DNA of 64,000 nucleotides. Source: an uncultured Planctomycetota bacterium (lineage in GTDB: Bacteria; Planctomycetota; Planctomycetia; Isosphaerales; Isosphaeraceae). The stretch is from contig CAVTTN010000002.1 in assembly GCA_963737655.1 (NCBI GenBank), positions 1,184,001 to 1,248,000 on the forward strand, given 5' to 3'. Each line of letters opens with the position of its first letter. Position 1 is the first letter of the stretch. The translations under genes were made by a program, and so were the position numbers. Positions 22,678-32,767 of this stretch are shown here, piece by piece. A model generated the notes under the pieces. That model ran no database searches. It saw only the letters and a list, made by a program, of their open reading frames with translations, and was not told the origin of the DNA.

Positions 22678-23051
22678 TCGATAAAACTCTGCTTTTGCGG
22701 CAGGTGCATCCGACCTTCATCCAAAACGGCGAGATTGGCGTCGTGGCCTTCCGCCCAAACGACAGCGATCACGGGCGCCTGTCGGTTTACGATGGCGATC
22801 AGATCACGCCCGAAAACTCGTTCAAACACTGGACGGACGAACTAAAAAAGAAGTCTGTTGGCGTCCTGGGCGTGACCGTCGGAGAATGCGCCTCGGTGGA
22901 ATTGCAGGCCGTCTCGAGCCCTTTGGAGAACTTCGCTTCCCACGCCCATATCGACTTATCCCCCTATGAAAAGAAGGATCAGCGGACGAAGACAAAGGCG
23001 ATCCTGGCCTTCGCCCTCGCCCGCGATTGGCTTTTCCCGTCGGAAACTTGA
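22674..23051 (+). CDS. Small ADP-ribosyltransferase-like protein, putative toxin
   Basis: 125 aa; LLLRQVHP, AFRP, LSVY, HAHID; the R...S...H spacing resembles ART/RES-fold toxins. The fold is inferred. Confidence 0.6.
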   Translation: MIDKTLLLRQVHPTFIQNGEIGVVAFRPNDSDHGRLSVYDGDQITPENSFKHWTDELKKKSVGVLGVTVGECASVELQAVSSPLENFASHAHIDLSPYEKKDQRTKTKAILAFALARDWLFPSET

Positions 23052-23314
23052 CGAGATGGAATCCCCGCCGCGGATTCAGCCGCCACTGCGCCCGCTCTGC
23101 TTCCCGAGTCGCAGCAGCATTTCCTCGGGGACATGCCGAGCCCGGGTGATTCAGGCGCCGCGGTCTCTCGAATCGACTTCGCCCCCGTGGTAAACTTGAG
23201 GACGACCGGCAGGAGCGGAAAAGCCGGGACCATGCGAATGTTCCGCGCCAGGAACGTGACGAAAACAGGCCAGGGCGTTGGCGCAAACATTTGAAATTGA
23301 TGGAATTGACACAT

Positions 23315-24136
23315 ATGGCCACTTACATCGACCCGCACATCCACATGGTCAGCAGGACCACCGATGATTACAAGCGGATGGCCCTGGCCGGGTGCGTGAT
23401 GGTCAGCGAGCCGGCCTTCTGGGCCGGGTTCGATCGGTCGGGCGTGGAGGGGTTCCGCGACTACTTCCGCCAGCTCACCGAGTTCGAGGGGAAGCGGGCC
23501 GAGGCCTACGGGATCGCCCATCATTGCTGGCTTTGCATCAACGCCAAGGAGGCCGAGAACGTCTCCCTGTCGCGCGAGGTCATCGCCATGATCCCCGAGT
23601 TCCTCGACCGCCCCGGCGTCCTGGGGATCGGCGAGATCGGCCTGAACAAGAACACGAAGAATGAGGCCACGGTGTTCCAGGAACACCTGGACCTGGCCGC
23701 CCGGACCGAGGAGATGGTCCTGGTCCACACCCCCCACCTCGCCGACAAGTACCCCGGGACGCGGATGATCCTGGACATGGTCCGCGACCACCCCAAGATC
23801 CGGCCCGAGCGGGTCTGCATCGACCACGTCGAGGAGCACACGATCCGCCCGGCGCTGGACGCCGGGCACTGGGTCGGGATGACGCTCTATCCGATCACCA
23901 AATGCAGCCCCCAACGCGCGGCCGACATGATCGAGATGTTCGGCACCGGGCGCATCCTGGTGAACTCGGCCGGCGACTGGGGCCACAGCGACCCCCTGGC
24001 CGTCCCGGAGTTCATCTTCGAGATGAGGTCGCGAGGCCACTCCGAGAGCACGATCCGCAAGGTCGTCTACGAGAACCCCCTGGCGTTCTTCTCCGGCTCG
24101 AAACGGTTCCGATTCGAGGAGAGGCCGCAGGGGTAG
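23315..24136 (+). CDS. TatD-family metallohydrolase (EboB-like)
   Basis: IDPHIHMVSRTTDDY, GIGEIGL, HTPH, DH, NSAGDWG. Confidence 0.88.
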   Translation: MATYIDPHIHMVSRTTDDYKRMALAGCVMVSEPAFWAGFDRSGVEGFRDYFRQLTEFEGKRAEAYGIAHHCWLCINAKEAENVSLSREVIAMIPEFLDRPGVLGIGEIGLNKNTKNEATVFQEHLDLAARTEEMVLVHTPHLADKYPGTRMILDMVRDHPKIRPERVCIDHVEEHTIRPALDAGHWVGMTLYPITKCSPQRAADMIEMFGTGRILVNSAGDWGHSDPLAVPEFIFEMRSRGHSESTIRKVVYENPLAFFSGSKRFRFEERPQG

Positions 24137-24291
24137 CGGTTGCCCGGCGGGACGGGGCGGGGCAGGGCGGGGGCGAGGCACCCCGCCGAGAGGAGACGCG
24201 AGACGCCACGAGCAAAGGCCCGGGGCGCATCGTCGCGCCCCGGGCCCCGGGGGAAGTCTCGGAGGCCGATTGGTCGGCCCTCTGGACTCGC

Positions 24292-25404
24292 TCAGTACGT
24301 GGCCGGGACGATCTCGCCGCCGTTGCGGCTGGAGAGGGCCTGGTAGAGGCCGACCTTGGTGTTGGTGGCGCTGATGTAATACGGGGTGCCGGCGCCGCTG
24401 CCGCCGGTCACGCCCACGGGCAAGCCGGTCGTGCCGACGATCTGCCAGGAGTCGATCGACTCCTTGATGAACCGGACCGAGCCATCGCAGAAGGCGAAGT
24501 TGGCGCCTCCGGGGTGGAAGCTCGAGGCGGAGAGGACGAAGTCGTCACCCTGCTGGCCGTAGTCCCCGGTCTTGAGCCGCTTCTGGGGGTTGATCCCGTA
24601 GAGGCTGGTGAAGGTGGTGTCGCCGTAGTTGCCCGAGGTCCACCAGTTCCAGTCGTAGATGTCGGTGTTGCCGTTGGCGTCGGGCGTGGTGGAGAACAGG
24701 CCGTGGGCCCTCTCGGTGAAGGCGAAGGTGTTGCTGGTGCCGTCGATGATGTCGGAGATCTTCGTCGGGGAGACGCTGCCGGGGTTGGTGGCCAGGCCGT
24801 TGGGCTGGGAGACGTAGGGCGGGTAGCCGATGTACTGGCAGATGCCGTTCATCTGGCTGAGCATGGCCATGTAGTAGGAGCTGGAGCCGCTGGGGAAGTT
24901 CGGCCACATGCCGAGGTTCATGGCGTAGCTGCTGTAGTACATCGGCAGGTTCGAGCCGTCGTAGTTGCCCCCCTGGTAGAGGTGGTACAGGTTGATGATC
25001 TTGCCGTCGCTGGGGCACCAGAGGCTGCTGATGGCGGAGCCGTTGACCGTCATGTTCTGGGCGATGAACATGCCGACCTGGCTGTTGTACGAGTTGAACA
25101 GCGGCTGCTGCTCCATGAACTGCAGGAGCGGGACGAGCGGCCCGGAGGCGTCGTAGTAGCCGATGCCCGGGTAGTACTGGCGATGGAAGCCCATCGGGAA
25201 CGACCCGTAGGCGCTCTCATAATTCATCATCGCCAGGGCGATCTGCTTCAGGTTGTTGGTGCACTGGGCACGTCGGGCGGCCTCTCGGGCGGCCTGGACG
25301 GCCGGCAGGAGCAGGCCGATCAGCACGCCGATGATGGCGATCACCACCAGCAATTCGATCAGGGTGAAGCCGCGGCGCACGGCTCGGGCGGGGGCGTGGG
25401 TCAT
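24292..25404 (-). CDS. DUF1559 prepilin-type protein with H-X9-DG motif
   Basis: [60 protein letters not shown]. Confidence 0.96.
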   Translation of the reverse strand: MTHAPARAVRRGFTLIELLVVIAIIGVLIGLLLPAVQAAREAARRAQCTNNLKQIALAMMNYESAYGSFPMGFHRQYYPGIGYYDASGPLVPLLQFMEQQPLFNSYNSQVGMFIAQNMTVNGSAISSLWCPSDGKIINLYHLYQGGNYDGSNLPMYYSSYAMNLGMWPNFPSGSSSYYMAMLSQMNGICQYIGYPPYVSQPNGLATNPGSVSPTKISDIIDGTSNTFAFTERAHGLFSTTPDANGNTDIYDWNWWTSGNYGDTTFTSLYGINPQKRLKTGDYGQQGDDFVLSASSFHPGGANFAFCDGSVRFIKESIDSWQIVGTTGLPVGVTGGSGAGTPYYISATNTKVGLYQALSSRNGGEIVPATY

Positions 25405-25501
25405 GAGATGGCGACTCCCGGGGGCAAGGACGAAGAGAAGGAATTGATCGAGGACGTCAAGGCGAGGCGAGGCGAGGAACGCGGCTCACGACGGCCGGGG
25501 G

Positions 25502-25738
25502 TCACTCCGACCCCTTGCGACGGGACTTGATCGTGCCGTCCTTGGCGACCTTGTCGGTCTTGGTCTTCGTCGAGGCCGGCACGGTATCCTTGGGACGGAC
25601 CCCGGCGCCGGCCCCTGGGGCGACGGTCGGGCCCACGTCCGGCCCGCATCCGGGCAGGGAACTCACGCCAGCCATCACGGCCGAGGCCAGCCCGAGGCGG
25701 AGGCCCCGGCGGAAGAGAGCGGATCGCGCTTCGATCAT
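25502..25738 (-). CDS. Small putative lipoprotein upstream of the DUF1559 gene
   Basis: Signal-like N-terminus ending LPGCG; Lys-rich tail; GAGG RBS. Confidence 0.55.
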   Translation of the reverse strand: MIEARSALFRRGLRLGLASAVMAGVSSLPGCGPDVGPTVAPGAGAGVRPKDTVPASTKTKTDKVAKDGTIKSRRKGSE

Positions 25739-26283
25739 GGGGACGATCCTCGGTGGACGGACGGGATGGCACCAGTCTCTCGGGACGGACCCCAGGCGCG
25801 GACGGCCCCCTCGGGACCCCGGTGCGCAGCGCGGACCGGGCGAGGTGACATCGCTTCAAGAAAAACGGATTAGGAAGAATTCACGCTCGCGAGACCCGGA
25901 GAGGAGAAAGGGCCTCACGTCTGGAAGATTCCGAGGAGAGACGGGTTCACGGTAAGTTCACGGACATCGTCGGTCAAGCGGTCAAGCAAAAATTCCTGAG
26001 GAATTCCGCGGCACCGCGGCGCGATGGGACGCTCGATCGTGACCCTTCCGGAAGGCGGTGCGCTTGACCGGTTTCACGGTCCAGGCAAGCCGCGTGCCAA
26101 GGCCCGGGAACCGCCCGTCCGGGGCCGTCGAAGCGGCGATTTCCGCCCCATTTCGAACCGACCCGGAACGGTGGAGCGCGCGCCGCCCGGTCGGTTTCGC
26201 AGCCCCTGCACGAAACGTTGGCAACGCTGCCAGGCTTCTAATTCCTTCGTCCTATCCATCCATTTCTGCATCAAGGGATGTGA

Positions 26284-27600
26284 TTAGCGCCCCGAGGTCA
26301 AGTCATCCCGGCCGTCGATGTTGTTTTTTCGCAACGTAACGCGATCCGGGAGCAGGGCGTCGAGGACCAGGCCGGCGAGGTCCCGGGCGGCCAGCTGCGG
26401 GGCGTCGCCGAGGACGCCGCGACGCGAGGCGACGGCCACCCCGAGATACGACTCGCCGGCCGGCGTGGCGCCGAGCGACCCCTTGACGTGCCGGGGGTCG
26501 ATCGGCCCGCCGATCCGGAGGCCGGAGGGGGCGGGGCCGGCGGGCCGTTCCTCGTCCGAGCTCCACCAGTCGGGGGCGAACCAGCGGTCGGGCGTGCTGA
26601 CCAGGACGACGTCTCCGGCCCGGGGATGGTCCAGGCCCAGCTCGGCCCTCCGGGCCCCGGGCGCCACCAGGGCGACCCCCTCGTCGTGCAGGCCGGCGAA
26701 CGCCGAGGCCACGTTGGCCGCCTGGCTCGGGTCATTCAAGTAGATGTGGGCGAGCTGATGATCCACCAGGGCGAAGGCGGCCGAGCGCTCCAGGTCCACG
26801 TCCACGCCCCCGCCGGGCGAGGAATCCAGGGCGAGCAGGCCGAGGCCGCGGAGCACGAGGTTCGGGAACGCCGGGCCGGAGACCGGCGCCGTGACCGTCT
26901 CGGTCGCCGCGATCACCAGCGAATCGGGGGCCTCGGCCTTGAGGAACGGGCCGAGGACCGTCTCCAGCTCCCTCAGGGCCCGGCCCGCCTCCCGGCCGTC
27001 GGGGCCGAACCGGCGGGCGACCTGGCCGAGGTACGGGATCCGGACGATGGCCAGGTCGGGCCTCTCGGCCTGGATCGTCGCGGCGGCCGTCTTCAGGATC
27101 CAGGTCGTGGCCTCCAGCCTCGGCGGCTCCCCCTTGGCCTCGACCTCGGGCCGGGGGAACGGCCCGAAGGCCGAGACCAGCGACTCGCCCAGGCCCGGAG
27201 GGTTCGTCACCACGTCCCAATCGGCGTCCACCCCGGCGGAGAACTCCACGTCCGCCCCCCTCGTGTTGGGGCCGAACCACAGGAGCGTCTTCGCCCCGGG
27301 GCGAGCCTGGCGGAGCCGGTCCCAGATCCGGGGCGCCCGGATGGCCGAGTCGGGCAGGGGGCCCGAGACGACCTTCCGCGCCTCCCGGTCGAAATAGGCG
27401 TTTCCGATCAGGCCATGCTCATACGGGCCCGTCCCGGTGATCGCCGAGGCGAACGACGACGCCGCCAGCCCCGGGAACGACGGCACCAGCTCCGTCTCCG
27501 CCCCCCTCGCCGCCAGCGAATCCAGGGACGCCAGGCAGCCCGGAGACACGTCCTTCCGGCGGAGCTGCGGGATCATCAGGAGGACGACCCGATCGGACAT
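26284..27600 (-). CDS. Alkaline phosphatase / nucleotide pyrophosphatase family protein (EboF-like)
   Basis: MSDRVVLLMIP, TG...HGLIGNAYFDR, RFGP, AFALVDHQLAHIY, HPRAGD, VKGS. Confidence 0.8.
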   Translation of the reverse strand: MSDRVVLLMIPQLRRKDVSPGCLASLDSLAARGAETELVPSFPGLAASSFASAITGTGPYEHGLIGNAYFDREARKVVSGPLPDSAIRAPRIWDRLRQARPGAKTLLWFGPNTRGADVEFSAGVDADWDVVTNPPGLGESLVSAFGPFPRPEVEAKGEPPRLEATTWILKTAAATIQAERPDLAIVRIPYLGQVARRFGPDGREAGRALRELETVLGPFLKAEAPDSLVIAATETVTAPVSGPAFPNLVLRGLGLLALDSSPGGGVDVDLERSAAFALVDHQLAHIYLNDPSQAANVASAFAGLHDEGVALVAPGARRAELGLDHPRAGDVVLVSTPDRWFAPDWWSSDEERPAGPAPSGLRIGGPIDPRHVKGSLGATPAGESYLGVAVASRRGVLGDAPQLAARDLAGLVLDALLPDRVTLRKNNIDGRDDLTSGR

Positions 27601-27851
27601 CGGCGGACCCCTTAACCTGATCGTGGACCGAAACTTCCGTCGAAGGGCCTCGCCTCGACCCGACCGGGGCCCGGCCCCGGGGCGCCGAACCTCGCCCGCA
27701 AAGGATAGGCCATCGCCGCGCCGTCGGCAATCCTCCGGGCCTCGGGGCCGGAGACCCCGGCCATCCCGCCGGGTCTTGACGCCTCCTCCCCGGGAGGACA
27801 CCATGAATCGGTCCCGCCCGCCGTCGCCCCGCCCAGGAGCCTCGCCCCGCC

Positions 27852-29732
27852 ATGAGGACGCCGACCCCGACGCCCCTGCCGACGCCTCGCCTGGCCGGCG
27901 GCCTGGCCCTCGTCGCGACTCTCGCCGTCCTGCTCCCGGTCGGGGCCGACCGCCCCGGCTCGGCCGTCGCGAAGGACGAGCCGGCGGCGGCCTCGCCCGC
28001 CTACCCCTCGCCCATCGCCCTGGCGCTGTCGGCCGACGGCTCCCGCCTGATCGTCGCCGAGCAGGGCACCGGCTCCGTCGCCCTGGTCGATCCCCGCGCC
28101 GGGAAGGTCCTCGCCCGCGCGGCCACCGGCGAGAAGCCCTCGGGCGTGGCCATCGGCCGGGACGGCCTCCTCGGCGTCGTCTCCCACTGGTACGGTTCGG
28201 ATGTGGCGATCCTCAAGATCGGCCCCGAATCGATCCATGTGGATGGACGGATCGAGGTCGGGCCCGAACCCCGAGGCGTCGTCCTCTCGCCCGACGCCTC
28301 GACCGCCTACGTCGCCGTGGGCGCCTCCAACGAGGTCGTCCGCGTGGACCTCGCCTCGAAGAAGGTCACCGGCCGATTGGCCGTCGGCCGGGAGCCTCGC
28401 GGGATCGCCCTCACCCCCGACGGCGCCCGCCTCCTCGTCGGCAACGCGCGGTCGAGGTCGCTCTCCGCGATCTCGACGAAGGATTGGGCCGTCGAGCGCA
28501 CCCTGCCGATCGACGGCGACAACCTCCGCCAGGTCGCGCTGTCGCCCGACGGCTCGCTCGGCTATGTGGCCAACATGAAAAACCGTGGATTCCCCACGAC
28601 CAAGAATAACATCGACATTGGATGGGTCCTGGGCCAGAGGCTCACGCGGGTCCCCCTCGACGGCTCCGAGCCGTTCGCCACCCAGACGCTCGACCCCGAG
28701 GGCAAGGCCGTCGGCGACGCCCACGGCGTGGCCGTCTCCGGCGACGGCCGTTTCCTCGCCGTCTCGGCCGGGGGCACCCACGAGGTCCTCGCCTTCCGCA
28801 CCGACTCCAGCCCCCTGCCGTGGCGGGTCGGCGCCTCCCGCGACCTGATCGCCCCCGAGCTCCTCAAGGACGACGGCCGGTATCGCCGCGTCGATCTGGG
28901 CGGCCGGCCCACCGAGATCGCGTTCGATCCCGACGCGAAAACGCTTTACGTCGCCAACTATCTGGATGATTCGATCCAGGTCGTGGACGTCGAGTCGATG
29001 ACGCTCGCCAGGTCGATCCCCCTGGGAGCGCCGTCGGAGGCGAGCCTGGTCCGCCGAGGGGAGGCGCTGTTCCACGACGCCTCGCGGTCGTTCAACCAGT
29101 GGTATAGCTGCAACACCTGCCACAGCGACGGCCACACCAACGGCCTCGACTTCGACACCCTGAACGACGGCTGGCACGACAACAGCACGGCCCACACCCG
29201 GAGCCGCAAGAAGGTGCCGACGCTCCGACGTGTCGATCGCACCGGCCCGTGGACCTGGCACGGCTGGCAGACCAGCCTGGAAGACGCCGTGGTCGAGTCG
29301 TTCACCAAGAGCATGCAGGGCAAGAGGCCGACCGATGATGAGGTCAGGGCCCTGGCCGCCTTCCTCGGCACGCTCGACTTCCCCAGGAACCCCCATCGCG
29401 GCCCCGACGGCGCGATCTCCGAGGCCGCCCGCCGCGGGGAGGCCGTCTACCGCTCCGAGAAGGCCGCGTGCCTCTCCTGCCACGGAGGCCCCGAGCTCAC
29501 CGACGGCAAGATCCACAAGGTCGGCCTCGAAGAGCCCAGGGACGTCTACAAGGGATACAACCCGCCCTCCCTGCGAGGCGTGTACGACAAGGATCCCTAC
29601 CTCCACGACGGCCGGGCCAGGACGCTCAAAGAGGCCCTCACCCGCTGGCACAGCCCCGAGGAAGTCACCGGCCTCGGCGCCCTGACCGAACCCGAGACCG
29701 ACGACCTCATCGAGTACCTGAAGACCCTGTAG
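27852..29732 (+). CDS. Secreted YVTN-type beta-propeller fused to a di-heme cytochrome c (peroxidase-like) domain
   Basis: Signal peptide; repeats VG.EPRG..L.PDG; CNTCH and CLSCH heme motifs; PSLRG...PYLHDG. Confidence 0.9.
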   Translation: MRTPTPTPLPTPRLAGGLALVATLAVLLPVGADRPGSAVAKDEPAAASPAYPSPIALALSADGSRLIVAEQGTGSVALVDPRAGKVLARAATGEKPSGVAIGRDGLLGVVSHWYGSDVAILKIGPESIHVDGRIEVGPEPRGVVLSPDASTAYVAVGASNEVVRVDLASKKVTGRLAVGREPRGIALTPDGARLLVGNARSRSLSAISTKDWAVERTLPIDGDNLRQVALSPDGSLGYVANMKNRGFPTTKNNIDIGWVLGQRLTRVPLDGSEPFATQTLDPEGKAVGDAHGVAVSGDGRFLAVSAGGTHEVLAFRTDSSPLPWRVGASRDLIAPELLKDDGRYRRVDLGGRPTEIAFDPDAKTLYVANYLDDSIQVVDVESMTLARSIPLGAPSEASLVRRGEALFHDASRSFNQWYSCNTCHSDGHTNGLDFDTLNDGWHDNSTAHTRSRKKVPTLRRVDRTGPWTWHGWQTSLEDAVVESFTKSMQGKRPTDDEVRALAAFLGTLDFPRNPHRGPDGAISEAARRGEAVYRSEKAACLSCHGGPELTDGKIHKVGLEEPRDVYKGYNPPSLRGVYDKDPYLHDGRARTLKEALTRWHSPEEVTGLGALTEPETDDLIEYLKTL

Positions 29733-30094
29733 GGTGCATGAAATGCACCAAACATGAGCACGCGGCGGCCACCGGCCGCCCACCCCGTCCTCCGGGAGTC
29801 TCCCTCCCGAGGTCCCATGGCAATCGAAGCGGAAGGCGGCCGGTGGCCGCCGCGTGCTCATGTTTGGTGCATTTCATGCACCCTACGTCACATCAACACC
29901 GGAGACCGACGACCTCGCCGAGTGACTGAGGACCCTGTAGGGTGCATGAAATGCACCAAACATGAACACGCGGCGGCCACCGGCCGCCCACCCCGTCCTC
30001 CGGGAGTCTCCCTCCCGAGGTCCCGTCGCAATCGAAGCGGAAGGCGGCCGAGGGCCGCCGCGTGCTCATGTTTGGTGCATTTCATGCACCCTAC
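29729..30094. repeat. Two tandem REPINs (29729-29886 and 29937-30094), GTAG-GGTGCATG family
   Basis: Each runs GTAGGGTGCATGAAATGCACCAAACATGA...TCATGTTTGGTGCATTTCATGCACCCTAC; 208-bp period. Confidence 0.93.
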
Positions 30095-30606
30095 GTCAAC
30101 TTCACCGCCGCTTGGGGAAAACGTGTTCCCTGTGAACACTCGTCCACAGGATGGCCGCCGACCGGCACCGCCCGGGTCATCGGGCGGCCCGTTTCGCATT
30201 CCATGGACAATCACTTGACGAAACCGCCTGGGCGTTAACTTGACTACACTTTTTCGCCGAAAACGCCGGAAACCGCGGAAAAACCGCCATTTGCTGCGCA
30301 ACGACTCGTGCGCACACAATCCACCACAACGTTTCATTCGAAAATCCGTCGGACCGAACCACCGGACAACACGGGACTTGAGGCGAGGCGGCGGATCGGG
30401 CCATCGGCCCGAAAAACGTCGTCGGGGCGGTCACTTCGTGCGCGCCGGCCGGGTGCCCGTGTGACACTGGGTTGTCACGGTCCCGCGACCCGTCCCGGGC
30501 GATCTCGAAGAAAAGGTGATCGCCGACGGGGCCCGGCCTCGATGGTTCCGGTCGTGGGCCTCGCTCGTGGCCGAGGCCGTCGCCGATCGTCCCGGCCGCC
30601 GGTGTT

Positions 30607-31726
30607 TCATGCGTTCACAATCATCCGAGAATTCCACCGATCCCGCCGCGCCTCCAGCCTCGCCTCGCAGGAATCCGGCGACGCCCCCCGGGCCAGGACC
30701 GTCAGGACCGGCTCGCCCGCCTCGAAGGTCGATCCCTCCGGCGGGAGGTCCGCCCGAGGGGGCAGGGCCATCGTGCCGATCCCTCGGAATCGCGTGCGAT
30801 CCGAGGGCGGGAGGCGGCTGCGGCCCGGGGCGAACAGGATCGACTTGCCCACGATCGAGGGCCTCCGACCCGGCCCGGCCGAGGCCGGCGCCGACGGGTC
30901 GAACGCCCGGCGATGCTCGGCCAGGAACGCCCGGCCCGAGGCCAGCTCCAGCACTTCCACCGACGCCGAGTACCTCGGGTTGACCTCCACCGGGGCCGCG
31001 CGATCGCCCCTCAGGAGGAAATCGACCCCGAACAGGCCGACCAGGCCGATCCGTCCCGCCAGGACCTCGCCGATGGCCCGCAAGTCGTCCCGGGCCGGGC
31101 CGGGGACGTCGATCGGCCCGAGGCTGCCCCGATAGGCGAACGGGTTGCCGGGCTTGCCCAGGAGCTGGCGGGTCACGCCGAGAAGCTCGGCCGAGCCGGC
31201 CCGGCCTACGAACACGGCGGCGAGGCTCGGCCCGTCGATGCGTTCCTGGAAATACCAGGGGCGATCGGCCCTCGCCGAACCGAGCCAGGGCGCGATCTTC
31301 CGCCCCCCGGCCGAGCCTCACGGGCTTGATGAGCCAGGAGCCGTCGGTGGGCAGGCCGTCGGGGGAGACGCGGGCCTCGGGCGCCGGAATCCCTTCGGCT
31401 CGAAGGATTTCGGACAGGCCCACCGGGTCGCGGACCACGCGCAACGCCAGTCCCGAGACGCCCCAGAGGGGCCGGGTCGCGGCCAGGCGGTCGATCAGGT
31501 CGGGGCGGTTCTCCAGGGCCCCGGTATACATCCACGGGCCGGGCGGCAGGGCGGAGGCGAGGGCCTCGAAGCCGTCGGGATACGTCGATCCGTCGATCCG
31601 AACCGTCGGCGCCACGGCCAGGAGGTCGCGGTCGGCGAACAGGTCGATGGCCGAGGGCTTCAGCCCGGCGCGGAGGGCGGAATGGGCGGCGCTTCGGGCG
31701 CTGGCGCCGAGGATCAGGAGGTCCAT
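30607..31726 (-). CDS. ATP-grasp domain protein (frameshift ~31310)
   Basis: GASAR..A.SA, DLFADRD, WLIKP, FQERIDG, FGVDF, VEVNPRYSASVE; resembles ATP-grasp proteins of H4MPT/methanofuran C1 gene sets (tentative). Confidence 0.8.
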
Positions 31727-31816
31727 CGGCGGTTTCCGGGGATTGCGCGGAGCCGGGGCCTTCGCTCTCGATGGTCCCTCTTGTCGGCCGTCGAAAGATC
31801 GGCCCGGCCGCCGGGG

Positions 31817-31886
31817 GGCAGGCCCACGAAGCCGTGGGCATGTCCGTTGCGCAAGCCATGCCCACGAAGCCGTGGGTATGCCAACC
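31817..31886. repeat. Two REP-like palindromes (GGTGGCATG family variant)
   Basis: CAGGCCCACGAAGCCGTGGGCATG and CATGCCCACGAAGCCGTGGGTATGCCAACC. Confidence 0.75.
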
Positions 31887-31921
31887 GGCGACCGGGCCCG
31901 ATCTCGGACGATGGACGGGGA

Positions 31922-32257
31922 TTACTTCTTGACGACCTCGATCTTGGTCGGCTCGATCATCATCTTGCCGTCCTTCTCGGAGGTGGTGCCGGTGACCTTG
32001 ACCTTCTTGCTGCTGGAGCAGAAGCCGGCCGACTTGTGGGCTTCCTTGGCGACCTTGTTGTCCGGGTCCATGTAGTACTTCGTTTCCTTGTCGCCGTCCT
32101 TGACGACGACGACGTTCTGGCAGGCGTCGGCCTCGGCCAGCTTGCACTTGGCGCAGACGGCGTCGCCGGTGATCGTCTTCTCGTCGGCGGCCAGGACCAC
32201 CAGGGAGGCGCCCAGGCACAGCCCAGCCACGGCCAGCATCGGGAACAGCTTGCGCAT
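31922..32257 (-). CDS. Small secreted Cys-containing protein (DUF6370-like)
   Basis: Signal peptide; GDAVCAKC...CQN...H...FC...VKVTG. Confidence 0.8.
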   Translation of the reverse strand: MRKLFPMLAVAGLCLGASLVVLAADEKTITGDAVCAKCKLAEADACQNVVVVKDGDKETKYYMDPDNKVAKEAHKSAGFCSSSKKVKVTGTTSEKDGKMMIEPTKIEVVKK

Positions 32258-32530
32258 CTCGTCGTTCTCCGCAAGAAAGAGGGTACGGACCGGACGAAGA
32301 CAAGCCGCGGCGACCGGTCACGCGAAACGCCGCGATTGGGGGACCTTGCCTCGGCCGCCATTGAATCACGCCCGAGCGTGTTTAACAACCGGAAACCGTC
32401 CGAACCTCGGATCGCTCGAGGGGGACGGCGGCGCTCCGGGTTCGGGAGCCCTCGGTTCGCGAGGGTCCCGGGACTCGGGTGGACCCGGTTCCCGAACCAG
32501 GAGCAGCCCGCGACGACCCGGTTCGGATTG

Positions 32531-32767
32531 GGGGTGCCCCCGGTTCTCGAACCGGGGTCGCGCAGCGACAAGAGGCGGAAACGCCAGCGAGGCGACCCGA
32601 CCGCCGTAGGGTCGATCCGTTCTTCCTATTTTGGGCGGAGCTTACCCTCGCCCCCGCCCTCGCGGGACAGGACGTCAAACCCTCCCTCTTCAACAACCGA
32701 TCGATCTTTACCCGACCGACGGCCTCTTGCGGCTGCGCCGCCCCGGTTCGAGAACCGGGGGCACCCC
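32531..32767. repeat. REP-like doublet (GGTGCCCCCGGTTCTCGAACCGGGG family)
   Basis: Arm 32531-32575 is an imperfect reverse complement of arm 32723-32767; degenerate copies near 32477 and 32797. Confidence 0.8.

Noticed and set aside
20600..23100. Islet as a prophage or IS-bounded element
   Set aside because: No integrase, transposase, tRNA or flanking direct repeats were seen.
29729..30094. Repeated ~21-bp units as a possible CRISPR array
   Set aside because: The units alternate in orientation, the intervening sequences are duplicated rather than unique, and no cas genes are present; this is REP architecture.
30100..30600. A/T-richer gap as a possible ncRNA or origin-like region
   Set aside because: It contains TTGAC hexamers, but I could not find a well-spaced -10, DnaA-box cluster or recognisable RNA motif.
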